Part shown: positions 25,946-37,827 of the stretch, in pieces | Layout of the letters: every line of letters starts with the position of its first letter | How positions within the stretch are numbered: position 1 is the stretch's first letter | Assembly (NCBI GenBank): GCA_965655095.1 | Contig: OZ296650.1 | Location: 48,856,001-48,920,000, forward strand | DNA length: 64,000 nt | Direction: 5' to 3' | DNA from: Haplodiscus bocki | Taxonomy: Eukaryota | Made by a program: the position numbers and the translations under genes | Notes under the pieces: model-generated | Seen by the model: only the letters and a program-made list of their open reading frames with translations | Database searches by the model: none | What the model was told of the DNA's origin: nothing

Positions 25946-28750
25946 TTAGCACCTAGTTTGGCGACATGTTGGACAAAGACATAGTTTGCGCCAGGTACAA
26001 GGGATCTGGGGATTGTATGTGTCCTCGAAGTGCTTCCAGTAGTGGTCCAGGAGACGTGCTTTATGGCCTTCTGATTGAGACAGGTTTGTCATCGGGTTTA
26101 AAAAATTTGCAAGCTTCGCGCTTCGATACCAAAAGTTTTGGCGTTGCACGTCATTTGAACTAGGCATTAGGTCAAAAAGCTGGTTTCGTCTCTGTGATGG
26201 TTTCAGGAATGGTTGCCAAAGTCAATTTTGTTCGAGATAATATTGTAAAGAAGTTGAACATCGTTCAAATCTAGGTACAGAGATAGGGGGAGGAGATTGA
26301 GCCTCTTCAAGGCTACAGTGTAGTTGGGTTCGCCGTATTCGAGTACCAATTTCACTGCTTTCCATTGGGTCTGCTCCAGCTTTCTGAGGTTAGTCTTCGA
26401 GGCGTACCAGACTGTACTACCATATAGGAGGATGGGGAGAACCATCGATTTCACCAATTTGAGTTTCGTGCTGGTTGATAGTCCCTCTACTGTGTTCCGT
26501 TTTAGGAAACAGAGGGCTGAGAAAGCTTTGCATGTCGTCTCTTGTATGTGCACGTTCCACTTCAAATCGGCTGTCACATGAAGCCCAAGGTCTTCGGTGG
26601 ACAAGGAGAAGGGTACGGGCTCGTCAGATAGTGTAAGGTTTTGGCATGGGGAACCAGCAAAGCGCATGTGTTCACACTTTGATACATTGAATTGCTTTTT
26701 GTGTTTTGAGCACCACTGGTGGATGATGTCGGTTTTCTTGAAGATTGCTGGCCTCGTATAATTTAAGAATGCTCAGTAGTTTGAAATCGTCGGCGAAACT
26801 GAATATATCGCAGTTTGGATTTTGTGGCATGTGGTAGATGTATAGCAAAAAGAGAAGCGGGCCCAGTAGTGATCTCAGGGGCTGAGTACCAGGAGGAGAT
26901 CAGATGCTGTGCCGTTTATTTCGACGTATTGTTTGCGATTCGAGAGGTAGTTTTCGATGATACTCAGCAGTTTCCCTCCGACACCGATGTGTTTTAGTTT
27001 GTTAATGAGGATCGAGTGGTCAATTTTATCGAATGCTTTGGCAAAATCCAAGTATACAGCTTCGGTGTTGGTGTCAGCAGTTTTGTTGGAGTAGATTGTG
27101 TAGAGGTACACAAGTAGCTGAGAGATAGTTGATTTTATTTTTTGGAAACCGTGTTGGGACAGGTGGATCAGATTTGCCACATAGGGGAACAAAGAATCGA
27201 ATATGCATTTCTCCAGGATCTCCGAGAGTATATATAGGAGGGTGATTGGTCTGTAGTTATTAGAGAGTGATTTGTCACCCTTTTTGTGAATGGGCTTAAT
27301 TTTTCCTGTTTTCCAGGCGTCCGGGAACTTGCATTTGTCTTTGATAGCTTTGAAGAGGTGGGAAATGCACTTGGAGAGGGCCGGCGTTTTGAAGAGAGAG
27401 GCTGGGAGTTTGTCGTGCCCACAAGATTTGTTTTCATTCAAATATGAGATGATTGATAGCACTTTGTTTTCCGAGACGCCGTAGTTTACCAGGGTTGGGC
27501 CAGTGCTTGCTTCGTTCTGACGTTCTTGGTTTTGTTGTTTTTGTGAGAACATCGATTGGAAAAACTTGTTGAAGAAGTTTGCAATTTCTCCATCGGTCGT
27601 TGCTATCGTGCCGTTCCAAAACATGGATGGTGGCACGACTGGTGGCTTTTTGATAGTCCTGTAGTATTTGAAGAGCTTGTTTCCGTCTCTGCTGTCGGCT
27701 AGTAGCGTTTCGTATTGTTGCTGGTCCGTTTTCAGTTGTCTGTCGAATGCTTCAATCGATTTTTCTGTTTTGTCGTTTTTTCCAGTTCGCTGGAGGGACT
27801 GCACTCGTTTCAGGAGACGGGAACCTTCTTGAGACACCCATGGTGGAAGTGGCTTTCGGTGCTTGGTTCTAGCTGGCAAGGTGGCTTTTTGTTTTTCGTC
27901 TAGCCAGTTTTGCCATTGGGAGAGGAGGACGTCGGGGTTTGACCAACAGATCCCTTTAAAGGGGTCTGTAGGAATGCTTCTGTCTATTTCGTCGTAGTCT
28001 GCTTTGCAGAAGCTGTACTGCATTATTGAGGGCCGGTGCGCGGCGTGGTGTTCGAAGTGTATTTCCACTTGGATTGCTTGGTGGTCGAAGCCGCACGTCC
28101 ATCAATCGAGTATTTCGCGTTGAGGATACCGTCGTGGTTGGCCCGTACAACAAAATCGTCGTTGCATAGAAGGACGTCCAAGGTTGCTTGGTCGAACGTG
28201 GGGATTCGGATTTCTTGTGACACGTGTAGCTTTTCCAGTGCTTGAAGCACTGGCGCTTCGTATTGGTTTTCAGATGAAGGATTCCCAGTTTGTTTTTGGC
28301 ATGTTGCTTCACCTGTTATGACGAGTTTGGGGACCTTGGAGTTCCTAGAGGCCTCTACCGAATTTTCTAATTTTGATATTGGCCAGCGGTAGGGACTGTT
28401 TTCAGGCCGGTTATAGACGCACACAACTAGGAGAGTGTCGTCGATCGTGCAGCCAACAGCGTCTTCGATATTGTTTAATTTTTCGTAGAGTTTATGTGGC
28501 ATGTTTTCTTTTATCGCCAGTAGCACGCCTCCGTGTCTGCTTTTTGTGGTGTATTTTCTATCTAATCGGTATATCTGGTATTCTGCCATTCCGATCTCGT
28601 TGCTAGCAATGTCTTGTATTAGCCAAGTTTCCGTGAGGGCTAAGATCTCGCTATTTGAAAGAAGCGCTGCTTTTGATAGTGTATTTCTTCGTTTTTTCGA
28701 TATAAGGCTTCTGACATTGAAGCAGCTGATGTGAAGACTTTGGTTGACTA
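25946..28750 (-). pseudogene. LINE A ORF2 (AP endonuclease + reverse transcriptase), frameshifted
   Basis: APE: FNVRS, ALTETW, YRLDR...HGGVLLAI, TLDVLL. RT: NYRPITLL, QHGF, YLDFAKAFDKIDH, FADD at about 26786-26797. C-terminus PCTWRKLCLCPTC is typical of L2/CR1-group elements. Confidence 0.93.
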
Positions 28751-28754
28751 TTAG

Positions 28755-29666
28755 TCAACTGTCGGCCGATTTGGCCTCTCGGATTTTTTCAGTAGGTGCT
28801 TGGAGTTTGATTTCTGTATCGTTTACAAACAGTTTGAGGTTACGAATGCGGATGTTATCTTTCTTCTCACCGTTTTTAATCAGTTCTCTTTTTTTCTTTA
28901 GGAGTTCGTTTTCTATTTCTTCTTCTTGCTTGGTGAGGGCGGCGGAGATATAGACTCTTGATTTGAAGTCCTTCAGTAGGTCTGCGCGATCAAGGATGCG
29001 CTTCGCATCCCAGCTTGTTGATACCGTCACTAGGGCAGTTCTTGGTCTTTGAGGACTAGGTTGTTCTCTTTTCGGAGCTCGCCTGGGTTTTCCGATGCGT
29101 TCAATGAACGAGGTGTTGGTTTCGATTCCTAGATGGTTGAAGACCTCGCGTACTTTGCTATCCAGGTGATTTGTATCGGACATGTTTGAACCCGGTGTGG
29201 TTTCCTCGATTCCGTCGATCCTGACCTGTGACGAGGTTTGCAGCATTGGATGGATTTCCAGATGATGCATGGATTAAGTTGGAGTCTAATGCGTTAGATT
29301 TGAGGCTGTCTGCAAATGTTTTTGTTTGGTTCTGGAGGGCGCACTTCACCTCAATTTGGATGGAGGCTTTTACTTCTGTCCGAAAGGTCTCAAGTTGGCT
29401 GTTGATTTGGGACTTGACTTCGGTCATCAGGGAGCCCGGGTCAAGGAACTCTTTCAGTTCTTTCCTCAGGTCCGCTACCTCTGTCCAAGCAGATTTTTCG
29501 TGTTTGAGTGATTGGAGTGCCTCTTTCAGAAGAAAGACCAGGTTGGGTTTTGTGCCCGCGGCACTGTTCATGTCTCTCCAGCCGCTGTTGACTTGCCGAT
29601 TAGTTCTCTGATTGAAGGACAGTATCCGGGCTTAGTGGAAATTTTGTCCAGATCAGAATCAGACAT
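28755..29666 (-). pseudogene. LINE A ORF1 (coiled coil + RRM-like + CTD), two frameshifts
   Basis: Pieces 29158-29571 (coiled coil) and 28755-29270 (VRIDGIEE...RIGK...PR...VYISAALTKQE...IRIRNLKLFVN) are typical of L2/CR1 ORF1. Likely start ATG at 29666 (MSDSDLDK). Confidence 0.8.
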
Positions 29667-29893
29667 GAACCGAGTTCGCGTGGAATCGCTGGGATTGTCT
29701 ACAGTTGGTTGGGAGGTCGATCGACTAAAACGTTCAGACCAGTTGGAGTAGGCGCCGAACGACCGAAACGTTCAAGCGGGAAGTTACGAACAACCACGTT
29801 TAAGCAGGTTTGATGTGCCGAACGACCAAACCTTCAGGCAGAGAGGAGTGATAACAAACGACTACACGTGAGAGGAAAGATGGTACTGACCAG

Positions 29894-30466
29894 TTAGTAG
29901 CGATGAGGTTTCTTCTTGCCTCGTCCCGCTGTGGTAAGTGCTTTGGGGTTGTGTGCGTGTGCTAGAACTGTTCTCAGCCACTGTAGCTCAAGGTTTTCGT
30001 TAATGTGCGTTTCCGGGAGTTCTGCCTGGAACTCTTCCGATTTGAGCTTTTGGTGATTTGTAAGTTTTCGCGCTTCGATCACAATTATTCCGGTTTCCTT
30101 ATGGAGTTTCGGGAAGTCCGGGAAGATATCAGCGGTTTCGTCTTTCTGGGTGTAAATAATAGCCGAAATTCTCGAAGAGAGTTTTTTCAGTATTTGCAAG
30201 AGCTTCCCACTCGTTATGAGAGAACCGTTGGATGGGTTTGGTGAAATTGAATTACGAATCACGTCGTGCCAAATAATAATTTTGGAAAAAGTACTTCTCA
30301 TCAGGAGTTTGGCAAGGTCCTTGTTGGCGTTGGCCGGGTTGAACGACAGTCCTCGGATGTCAGTGACGTTCCTCCGGAGACAGCCCCGTGCGGTTGGGTC
30401 GTCGATTGATTCGATTGCCCAGTAGATTGAACTCGCCGCGTAGATGTGGGGTTGCCCGTCCGTCAT
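29894..30466 (-). CDS. LINE A accessory ORF0, 190 aa, intact, putative SGNH/GDSL-hydrolase-like fold
   Basis: Open ATG-to-stop frame directly upstream of ORF1. Motifs HIYAASS / RGLSF / IIIWHDVIRNS / ETHIN are spaced like SGNH blocks I, II, III and V. A homologue exists at 32631-33240. The fold call is inference. Confidence 0.7.
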   Translation of the reverse strand: MTDGQPHIYAASSIYWAIESIDDPTARGCLRRNVTDIRGLSFNPANANKDLAKLLMRSTFSKIIIWHDVIRNSISPNPSNGSLITSGKLLQILKKLSSRISAIIYTQKDETADIFPDFPKLHKETGIIVIEARKLTNHQKLKSEEFQAELPETHINENLELQWLRTVLAHAHNPKALTTAGRGKKKPHRY

Positions 30467-32630
30467 TCACCACATATCCACCTCAAACTATTTAATAAGT
30501 AATTTTGCAAAAAGCGGAATGTTGAAATGAAACACTCTCATTGAAATCAGGGCAGTGTAATTCGTTGAAATCAACTCGGAAACATGATACTGCAAAAAGT
30601 TAATTGAGGTTCCATTTGAATATCATCCCTGATTCCAGCAGATTTTGAAGCTGCCAGTACAGGAATTATGAATAATAAACTGCAAATGAGACAAAAATCT
30701 TCAATTCATTTTCAGAGACCCTATTGTGCTGGAAGATATATTATCGAGGATTTAAAAAGAAGTCAACCGCCCAACTAGGAACATACAGCTGATAAAAGAT
30801 GGATACCAGTTACTTAGAAAAAATATTCAGCTGTTTTGCATTTTTGAAGAATCCTGAATTAGATCTGACAAAAGTTGGGCTCTAGTGCAGGAGGATTCCT
30901 CTCTTCACTACAATAGTTGGAGTCAAATTGTGTTATCAGTAGAACCATAATCCAGATATCTTTTTAATGAAACAATCTCGAAGGGTTTGAAAAAAGTAAT
31001 GTGGGAACTACGTAAGACTTTTTTAAAGATGCCATCAAGTAACTCCAAACAAGGATCAAAAGTATATTTCAACAGTAGCTGCCGCTTAAAACACGTGCAC
31101 AAAAGAAGTGGTCAATTGACCATTGAATCGGCCACGGAACGTGGACATTTTTTCACGGACAAGGTCGACTATAAACGGAAAGACTAAGTTTCATGAGGGC
31201 AGGGTTAGTCTTTGGGCATCATGAGATCACTCATTGTTAAAAGAGGTTATCTGCTCTTTCTTCTTTCTATTTTTTCCTTGTTCTTACAAGTCCCAGATTG
31301 ATCGCCACTGGCACGTACACACCAGATCCCCTACCACAAAAGCAAACAACTTTGGGAATTTGGGACGGGAAAAGGACATTGCACATTCGACCATGATTTA
31401 TCGGGGCAGTTTCTTATCATTGGTAACTCCTGGTTAGGTTACAGAAATACCGTTCAATATCGTTTAATTTTCAAAGTTCCAAAAAAAATGTTGAAGTTCA
31501 TCGTACCGAAAATTCAGAAATTCTCGTGTTCCAGACTGATCGTACCGGTTGACACCAGTTGAGGCGTCCTGAATCAAAATGTCACTTGACCAGTGCTCGA
31601 AAATGTTCGTTAAAACGTTGAATACTTGATTTTTCAAAACACCTCCTTCATTCCTCACCGGGCACCGTCTCTAATCTCAAAGTCCTCGGAACGTCGGCAG
31701 ACACTAGATAATGTCGTTCGTGGTGATCTTTCAGTTCAAAAAGGTACATCTGTTTAGTAGCAGCCAACTTCACTTCCTATTTCACAAATGGAAACGCGTA
31801 CAGATTGTTGTATATTCCATCAAAAAATCTGTACTGAAATCTTGGAAAAGCAACCGAAATTATGGGACAGGAAAAAACTCAGCAAAAAAGGCCGCATGAT
31901 CGAAAACTGTAGCATGAGAATATGAGTAAAACAATTGAGTAAAAAAAAGTTGTGAGGCTTCAAAATTCAGGACGGCGACTTATCATTAGAGAATTTTGTT
32001 CTTTTTCTCAGGTTCTTTAGAATATACTACATACGTCTTTGCGGAAAACTTCATTACTTTTTAGCTGCTGGGCAAATGCAGTCATACGACTCTTTCTCTG
32101 ATTATGCTACAGCGAGTCCGCATCCATCTCCAGCTTTATAAATTTTGCAACATCGAAAAGCTTTTCGAAAAGTTGTCAAAAAACACTAGCATTCGCACTT
32201 TCGCATTTGCAGAAATCCACCAAAATCCTGCTTTTTGCGGTCAATCTCTTAATTGACAGGGTCTACCTCATACTCTTGATCGTTATTTAAACCAAAACGC
32301 TTCACTTCAACATTTTGTTATTGATACCTCCATGTGGCTTTTCATCACTGAGATACTTTGTTACTCTATGTCGACTCCGATCCGTAATCTGACAACCATA
32401 GCAGCTGTTAACTAGTAACTTCTAGCCTCATTAGTGGGAGAAACTCCTTGAATGGACCGTTTTTACTGTTTGGGAATAGTGTATTTTCAGTTAAATGGGC
32501 TATGGACTGAAAACTCTTCTAAACACAGTTATCAAAACTCCAGTCCGTTCGTAGCTGTTGGACAGGTGAAGACATCTATCGTCAACGTCCTTTTCGACTA
32601 TCCTTCTACAAAAAATCTTCTGTTAACTGA

Positions 32631-33240
32631 TTCTTGGTGCTCCTATTAGGAGCCAGGTCCCTCCTTCAAGCAAACCATATTTCCTAATACGTCCTCAAAA
32701 GACAAATCAACAACAGGTCCTTCACAGAACCAGTCCTTAGGTATTGTCACTGGAAACCCCTGAAAACCCCAAAGTACCTCCTAACGAAAGGAAACATCCG
32801 AAGACTACCCAACAGAACATCTGGAAAACTGGTTATTTGGCACAACGTCAGTAGTAACAGTGTTTCGCTTCACAGTAGCAACAACACTTCCAGCTAACCC
32901 CCAGCGAACTCGTTCAAGTCTTCTCCAACACAAGAGAGGATAGCTGCAGTTCCTTAAATGCAACGAACGCGATCCGTTGACATCTTCAGCGAACTGAAAG
33001 AGCAGGCGTTCTGATAATTGACTTCAGAAGACGACTTCTTTTCAAGCAAAACCGAAAGAATTACGAAAGCTGTCGAAACCGGAACCAATTAAAACCTGCA
33101 TCGATCCCAGAATGGAGCTGTGTAGCAACTGCTCTGCGTTGCGAGGTCAACGTCACTAGAATCTCCCATATGAAAACCAAATACAGAAAGAAAAAAGTCT
33201 CAAAAAGAGAAGCAGCGAGAGAAAACAAAGTTAGCAACTC
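32631..33240 (+). pseudogene. LINE B ORF0 relic, homologous to LINE A ORF0
   Basis: Manual translation across stops and frameshifts: VLLLGARSLLQA...GKLVIWHNVSSNSVSLHSSNN../LTPSELVQVF../RIAAVP*MQRTRSVDIFSELKE/AGVLIIDFRRRL../IDPRMEL, then a basic tail. Collinear with ORF0-A. Confidence 0.75.
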
Positions 33241-33333
33241 GTCCTAATTTTCCCCAACTCCTAGTTCTTTCAGTGCCATACCTGGGGTTAAAGTACTCTA
33301 GTGGGGTTCAGTGATCACAAAGGATTGTGCAAA

Positions 33334-34620
33334 ATGACCAAAAACACAAGCTCTTCAGTGAGCGACAACAGATGTGGGAAATGTAAGGAAGGATTTGGCA
33401 AACCCTCCGATAAAAAAAGACTTTGCGTTTAGTGCACCGACTGTGAAGTTCGGTTTTTCATCACTTGTGTTGGCATGAAAGAAGAACAACATAAAGCCAT
33501 GAGAGAAATCACCCAATATTTCTCGTACTCCGCGAACTGTTTTTTGATGGCCGAATCACCGTTAGATTCTAGCATTCCCAAACTGAAAATGCAGATGCAA
33601 CAAGCCATAGAAGATATGAAAAAGAGCGCTAAAGAGACCACACTTACGTCAAACAACATCAACAACCAGTTTTTCAGAAGCAGTCTATCAGAAGCGAGAT
33701 AAACGCGGTGCAGGAAACCCTGGCTGCCATGGACAACATAAAGGCTTCCTTCGGGAAGACGAATAAAAAAATGAACAGAGATGTGACATATGCAGACGTC
33801 ACGAAGATAAATCAAGTTGTCACCAACCAGCAAAATACAGAAATTTACCAACCCAAATCTCAATGAAACACGACGCAAATCATCATCAAAACGAACGCCG
33901 ATACAAGCATCCAGAAGAGCAGCCCAGAAATTAAAAAAAAACTTCCTTGAACTCTTCCCACCAAAAACTTTGATGTTCGACTGTGGAAACAGCCAAATGA
34001 ATCTACACCCAGAGTTCAACAACAAACATGGCAGTAGAGATGTCCTTGAGAACTGGTTTTCAAACTTTCTGGGATCAAAAACAGCAGCAAGGTATCCAGT
34101 GACCCTTGACAGGAAAATTTATTTGCTGATCAAGCAACTTGGCAAATCGTTGGTAGAAACCGATACGAGCCAAGAAAATCAATCCAGATGCAGCCTATCA
34201 AAACAAGATTTTAACGTCCGAAGATTCAAAACGGAAGAATGAAAAGAGTTGAACGCTTGAAAAATTGTCTTCAGATAACAGTACAAATGTAGCAAACTCA
34301 ATTCAGAAGAGATCTTTAAAGCACATTTCTCGCCTAGTAAAGTACAAATGCTCACAATATTTTCAAGTCACAAGATGCTACGTTTGTGAGATGTTAGGCA
34401 ACATTGCAAAAACATGTCGGATGAGTCTTAAATGCGGAAAATGCAAACTGCAATCAAACCCGTTTAGCCAACGACTGCGTTCAAATGGAAAACCTTGAGT
34501 GTCTTCACTGTGGGAAACAACAAGCGTCAAATTCAAGGAATTGTTCGGTATATCTGCTCAAATTTAGGAAAATCTATGAAAGCTGCAAACAGCGAAAAGC
34601 ACAGAAATTTCAGCAAAAAT
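33334..34620 (+). pseudogene. LINE B ORF1: N-terminal PHD finger and three C-terminal CCHC knuckles
   Basis: PHD: CGKC...CV*CTDCEVRFFITCVGM...FSYSANC. Knuckle relics at about 34376-34545: CYVCEMLGNIAKTC, CGKC, CLHCGKQQASNSRNC. Confidence 0.8.
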
Positions 34621-37600
34621 TGATGGACGCCGAAAATGAATCCTAACACTTTAACAGTAATCTTCGTACAGCTAAAGACCTGGGCATATAGCATGCACAA
34701 AATAGCTGCAATGTACAAAGAGTTAGAAGACACAGAGTCACAATTAGTAGCTCCAGGAGAAAACTAAAAAACTATTTCCAACGATTAGTTTGCCAAATTC
34801 CAAGTTCTACAGAGCTGCAAAAGTTGAGGATTGAACCTGCTCATCAGAGAAAAGTTTTGTTCTGTGTAACACGTGATCTGAAGACATGAGGTTGATGCTA
34901 TTTGGTTCTACTGTCTATTTAGAATGCTTTCTTCTAATAGTAAGACCTGTAAACATACCACCAGAGTGCGAGACACAGATGATGAGCCTCCTAGAAACTT
35001 TGAGAAAGGCCTCAGAATGCTGTAAAACAAACAAACTTGAGCGTTGCATGGTTCTGGGTGAGTATAGTGCCAGACACACAATTTGGAAAGATACCAAAAC
35101 CAACAATGACAGGATTCTGGTGGAAACAATTCTAGCATCAACACAGAGTTTATCTGTAGTGAGACCAGACGTGACTATGTCTTTGCCTTTCGATGGAAGC
35201 AGCGTTATGGACTGCGTTCTACTCTCTCCATAAGTGCAAACAAACCTGATGCGTTTTTACGTCGACGATGCAGTGGATCTTTTCACCAAATATCCGGAGG
35301 ACAGGTACCAATACTGAGGGCCCTATACCTATGGCCACCCAAAAGGAAGACCTTACAGAAACCAGACATTTCTACAGTAGACTGAGAAACCGGGAAAGTC
35401 AAACTCGAAACCAAGGAGGAAGACCTTTTGCCCTTGAAGGAAACAAAAAAGTATTAAAAATGGGGGAATTGACGAAAGAACATCTGAACGACCCAGAGAA
35501 ACAACACATTAAAACCAAAGGTTGTTGCATGCACTCAGAACATTTCTCGAGCGAAGAACTCCACGAAGCAAGTCAGCGACTGCGGACCGCCAGACGAAGC
35601 TATTGAAAGAGTTGCACGACAAAAAGTAAGAAAGTTTTCAAAAAACAACAGGGCACCTTCAAGAGCTTGTTGAAAGAAAATTCCAACAACTGGACCAACT
35701 CACTGTCAGACGAAATCAACGAGGCAAATGTTCATTACTTCTGGTATAAATTGGGTAAATTGTACAAAACTGATATGAGCCACGGCCTTGCTCCAATGAA
35801 TAACGAATCAGGTTACTTCTTGGAAAACAACGAAAAAACCGAGTTACTGAGAGAAACCTTTTTCACGGGAATGCACTTGACATACTTCAATTTTGACAAC
35901 GCTTTTTATGAATCGATCAACGAAGAAATGAAACAACTCTCAGTACAAGCTGGGGAAGAATCGCAGTGCTGTAACAACCCCTGAGCTGGCAAGAAACAAA
36001 CTACTCAATCAAACAACTCCCCGCTGCCAACAAAGCTTTTGACACAAACAATGTTCACCCCAGAATGCTGAAGAAAAATGAATCTAATTCAGGGAAACTC
36101 ATGCTTCAACTGTTCAACAAGTACCTACAGGAAGAAAATTGGCCATAGGAAACCAGCAGTCATTTTTCTTCGGAAACCACGGAAAACGGACTACTCAAAA
36201 CTTTCGTCATTCCACCCCACCAAAATCTCCAGCTACGTGGGGGAACTATTCGAACGCACGCTAGAATCAAGAGTCCGAGCTCTTGCAGAACAAGTAGGAG
36301 TTTTGTTCATAGAACAGAGTGGATTTTGGAAACACAAAAGCACGGTACGACTTTTGTGTTTCGTTCCGACTGATAAGTGAATGCAAAAAATTGACGGCCA
36401 GAAAGCGACTCGACGCTTTGATGTCAATGGACCATGAAAAAGTTTTCGACTATGTCTGGGTGAAAAGACTGCTTTGGAAGTTTAACAACATGGGTACATC
36501 AGGCAAAAAGTCAGATTTTCTTCGGAATTTCCCGAAAAACCGCAATTTGTTTACTGAATTTGGCGACCACAAAAATGAAACGTTAAGAACCAACACCGGA
36601 GTACTGCAGGTTGCAGTTTTCTCACCTCAATTGTTTATGATTTCTGTTTCGAAATTGTTTTCTCGAATAGAAGCAGAGAAGTTAAAGCTTTTGATGATTG
36701 CAACCTCTTGACCAACGCAGACACTAAAGTCGAATAGGCCGGACTAACAAGAAAAGCACTTCTGAAATTCTTCAAACAGTGCACAAAATGGCGGCTCAAA
36801 AAGAACCTAGAAAAAAATTACTGGTTCCAGTGAATCTAGTAGACGACAACCAATTTTCTATCAACATTGGCAGTTAAACTGTCACAATTTCCGATAGCTG
36901 CAGGATTCTAGGCAAAGAATCTGACTCCAATTTTTCATTCGAACCCCATGAAAAAGTTATGCAGGGATGCGCTCATCGCCATTTTCAGGCAAGGGCTCAG
37001 CACATTGGACTAAATTGGGCATTGTGCTCTAAAACAGTGATCAGACTCTACTTTGAAGTTTTTTTGGCAAAATTTTTATACGCAGCACCAGTGTGTGCTC
37101 GAAAATCTTGGCATCCTTCGCACTTCGAACATCAAAAATGTCAAGCAAACGATAAGTTTTCCAATATCGTGAAACAACTGCGTTGTGGAAACTTTAGGCG
37201 GGACACCCTCACTAGATCTCCAATGCGAAACACTGGTAGCAAGCTTCCTCAAAAAAGTTATGCAATCAAACGAAAACTCAAAAAACTGTGCAGTGGAGTC
37301 TCAAGACAAAATTGTGAAACAAGACATCGGCATTTTGAAGGACCTCAAGAAAATCCAAAATTGTGGTAGAAGATACTACAACCGTGCAGATGTAGTATCA
37401 TTTGTTCAGCACAATTGGACCAGAAGACAAAGTAGTTCCGAGTAGAAAAGTTCAACACCAGTACCATTCCCAAAAGCCAGACTGAAAGCTATTGCTTTGC
37501 CTCAGTGTTGCTCTTGGAAGGTACCGAAAACAATCCACAGGCTTTTACTCGACACATGTCAGATTACACCTCCAATTGCAGGTCAGTGTCCTAACCAAAT

Positions 37601-37700
37601 AGCAAAGGACAAAGAGCAAAGAAAAATTCCCAACAAACCCTCTTTGAGAGTGAGAGTCACCGCTCTCTCAGATCAGACAAGCAGTTGAACCCTGACATTT
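34620..37700 (+). pseudogene. LINE B ORF2 (APE + RT), heavily decayed
   Basis: APE: MVLGEYSARHTIW, SSVMDCVLLS. RT: VIFLRKPRKTDYSKLSSFHP...GELFER, QSGF, DHEKVFDYVW, GVLQVAVFSPQLF, AFDD. Later LYAAPV and ETLGGTPSLDL. No RNase H recognised. Confidence 0.85.
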
Positions 37701-37827
37701 ACGACGAAGCTGGATCTTGGAACCGATGAAATTCATAGAAAATTCCAAAACACTCGAGCTCTGCAACAACAACCAACTCTACAAACTGTCAACTACAAAA
37801 TGGTTGAAAACTTTCTCTGGAGAAACT

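Larger units (their letters stand above)
25870..30470 (-). mobile_element. LINE A: L2/CR1-group non-LTR retrotransposon, near full length, three ORFs
   Basis: (TAA)n tail at 25870-25880, APE-RT ORF2, ORF1 and an extra upstream ORF, all co-oriented. No TSD seen. Confidence 0.9.
32450..37780 (+). mobile_element. LINE B: decayed Jockey/I-group-like non-LTR retrotransposon, near full length, three ORFs
   Basis: ORF0 relic, PHD+CCHC ORF1, APE-RT ORF2 and a short (CAA)n tract near 37764-37775. The 5' boundary is uncertain. Confidence 0.85.

Noticed and set aside
29894-30466. Domestication of ORF0-A because it is the only intact ORF in LINE A
   Set aside because: At roughly two disruptions per kb in the rest of the element, a 573-bp ORF escaping damage is unremarkable.
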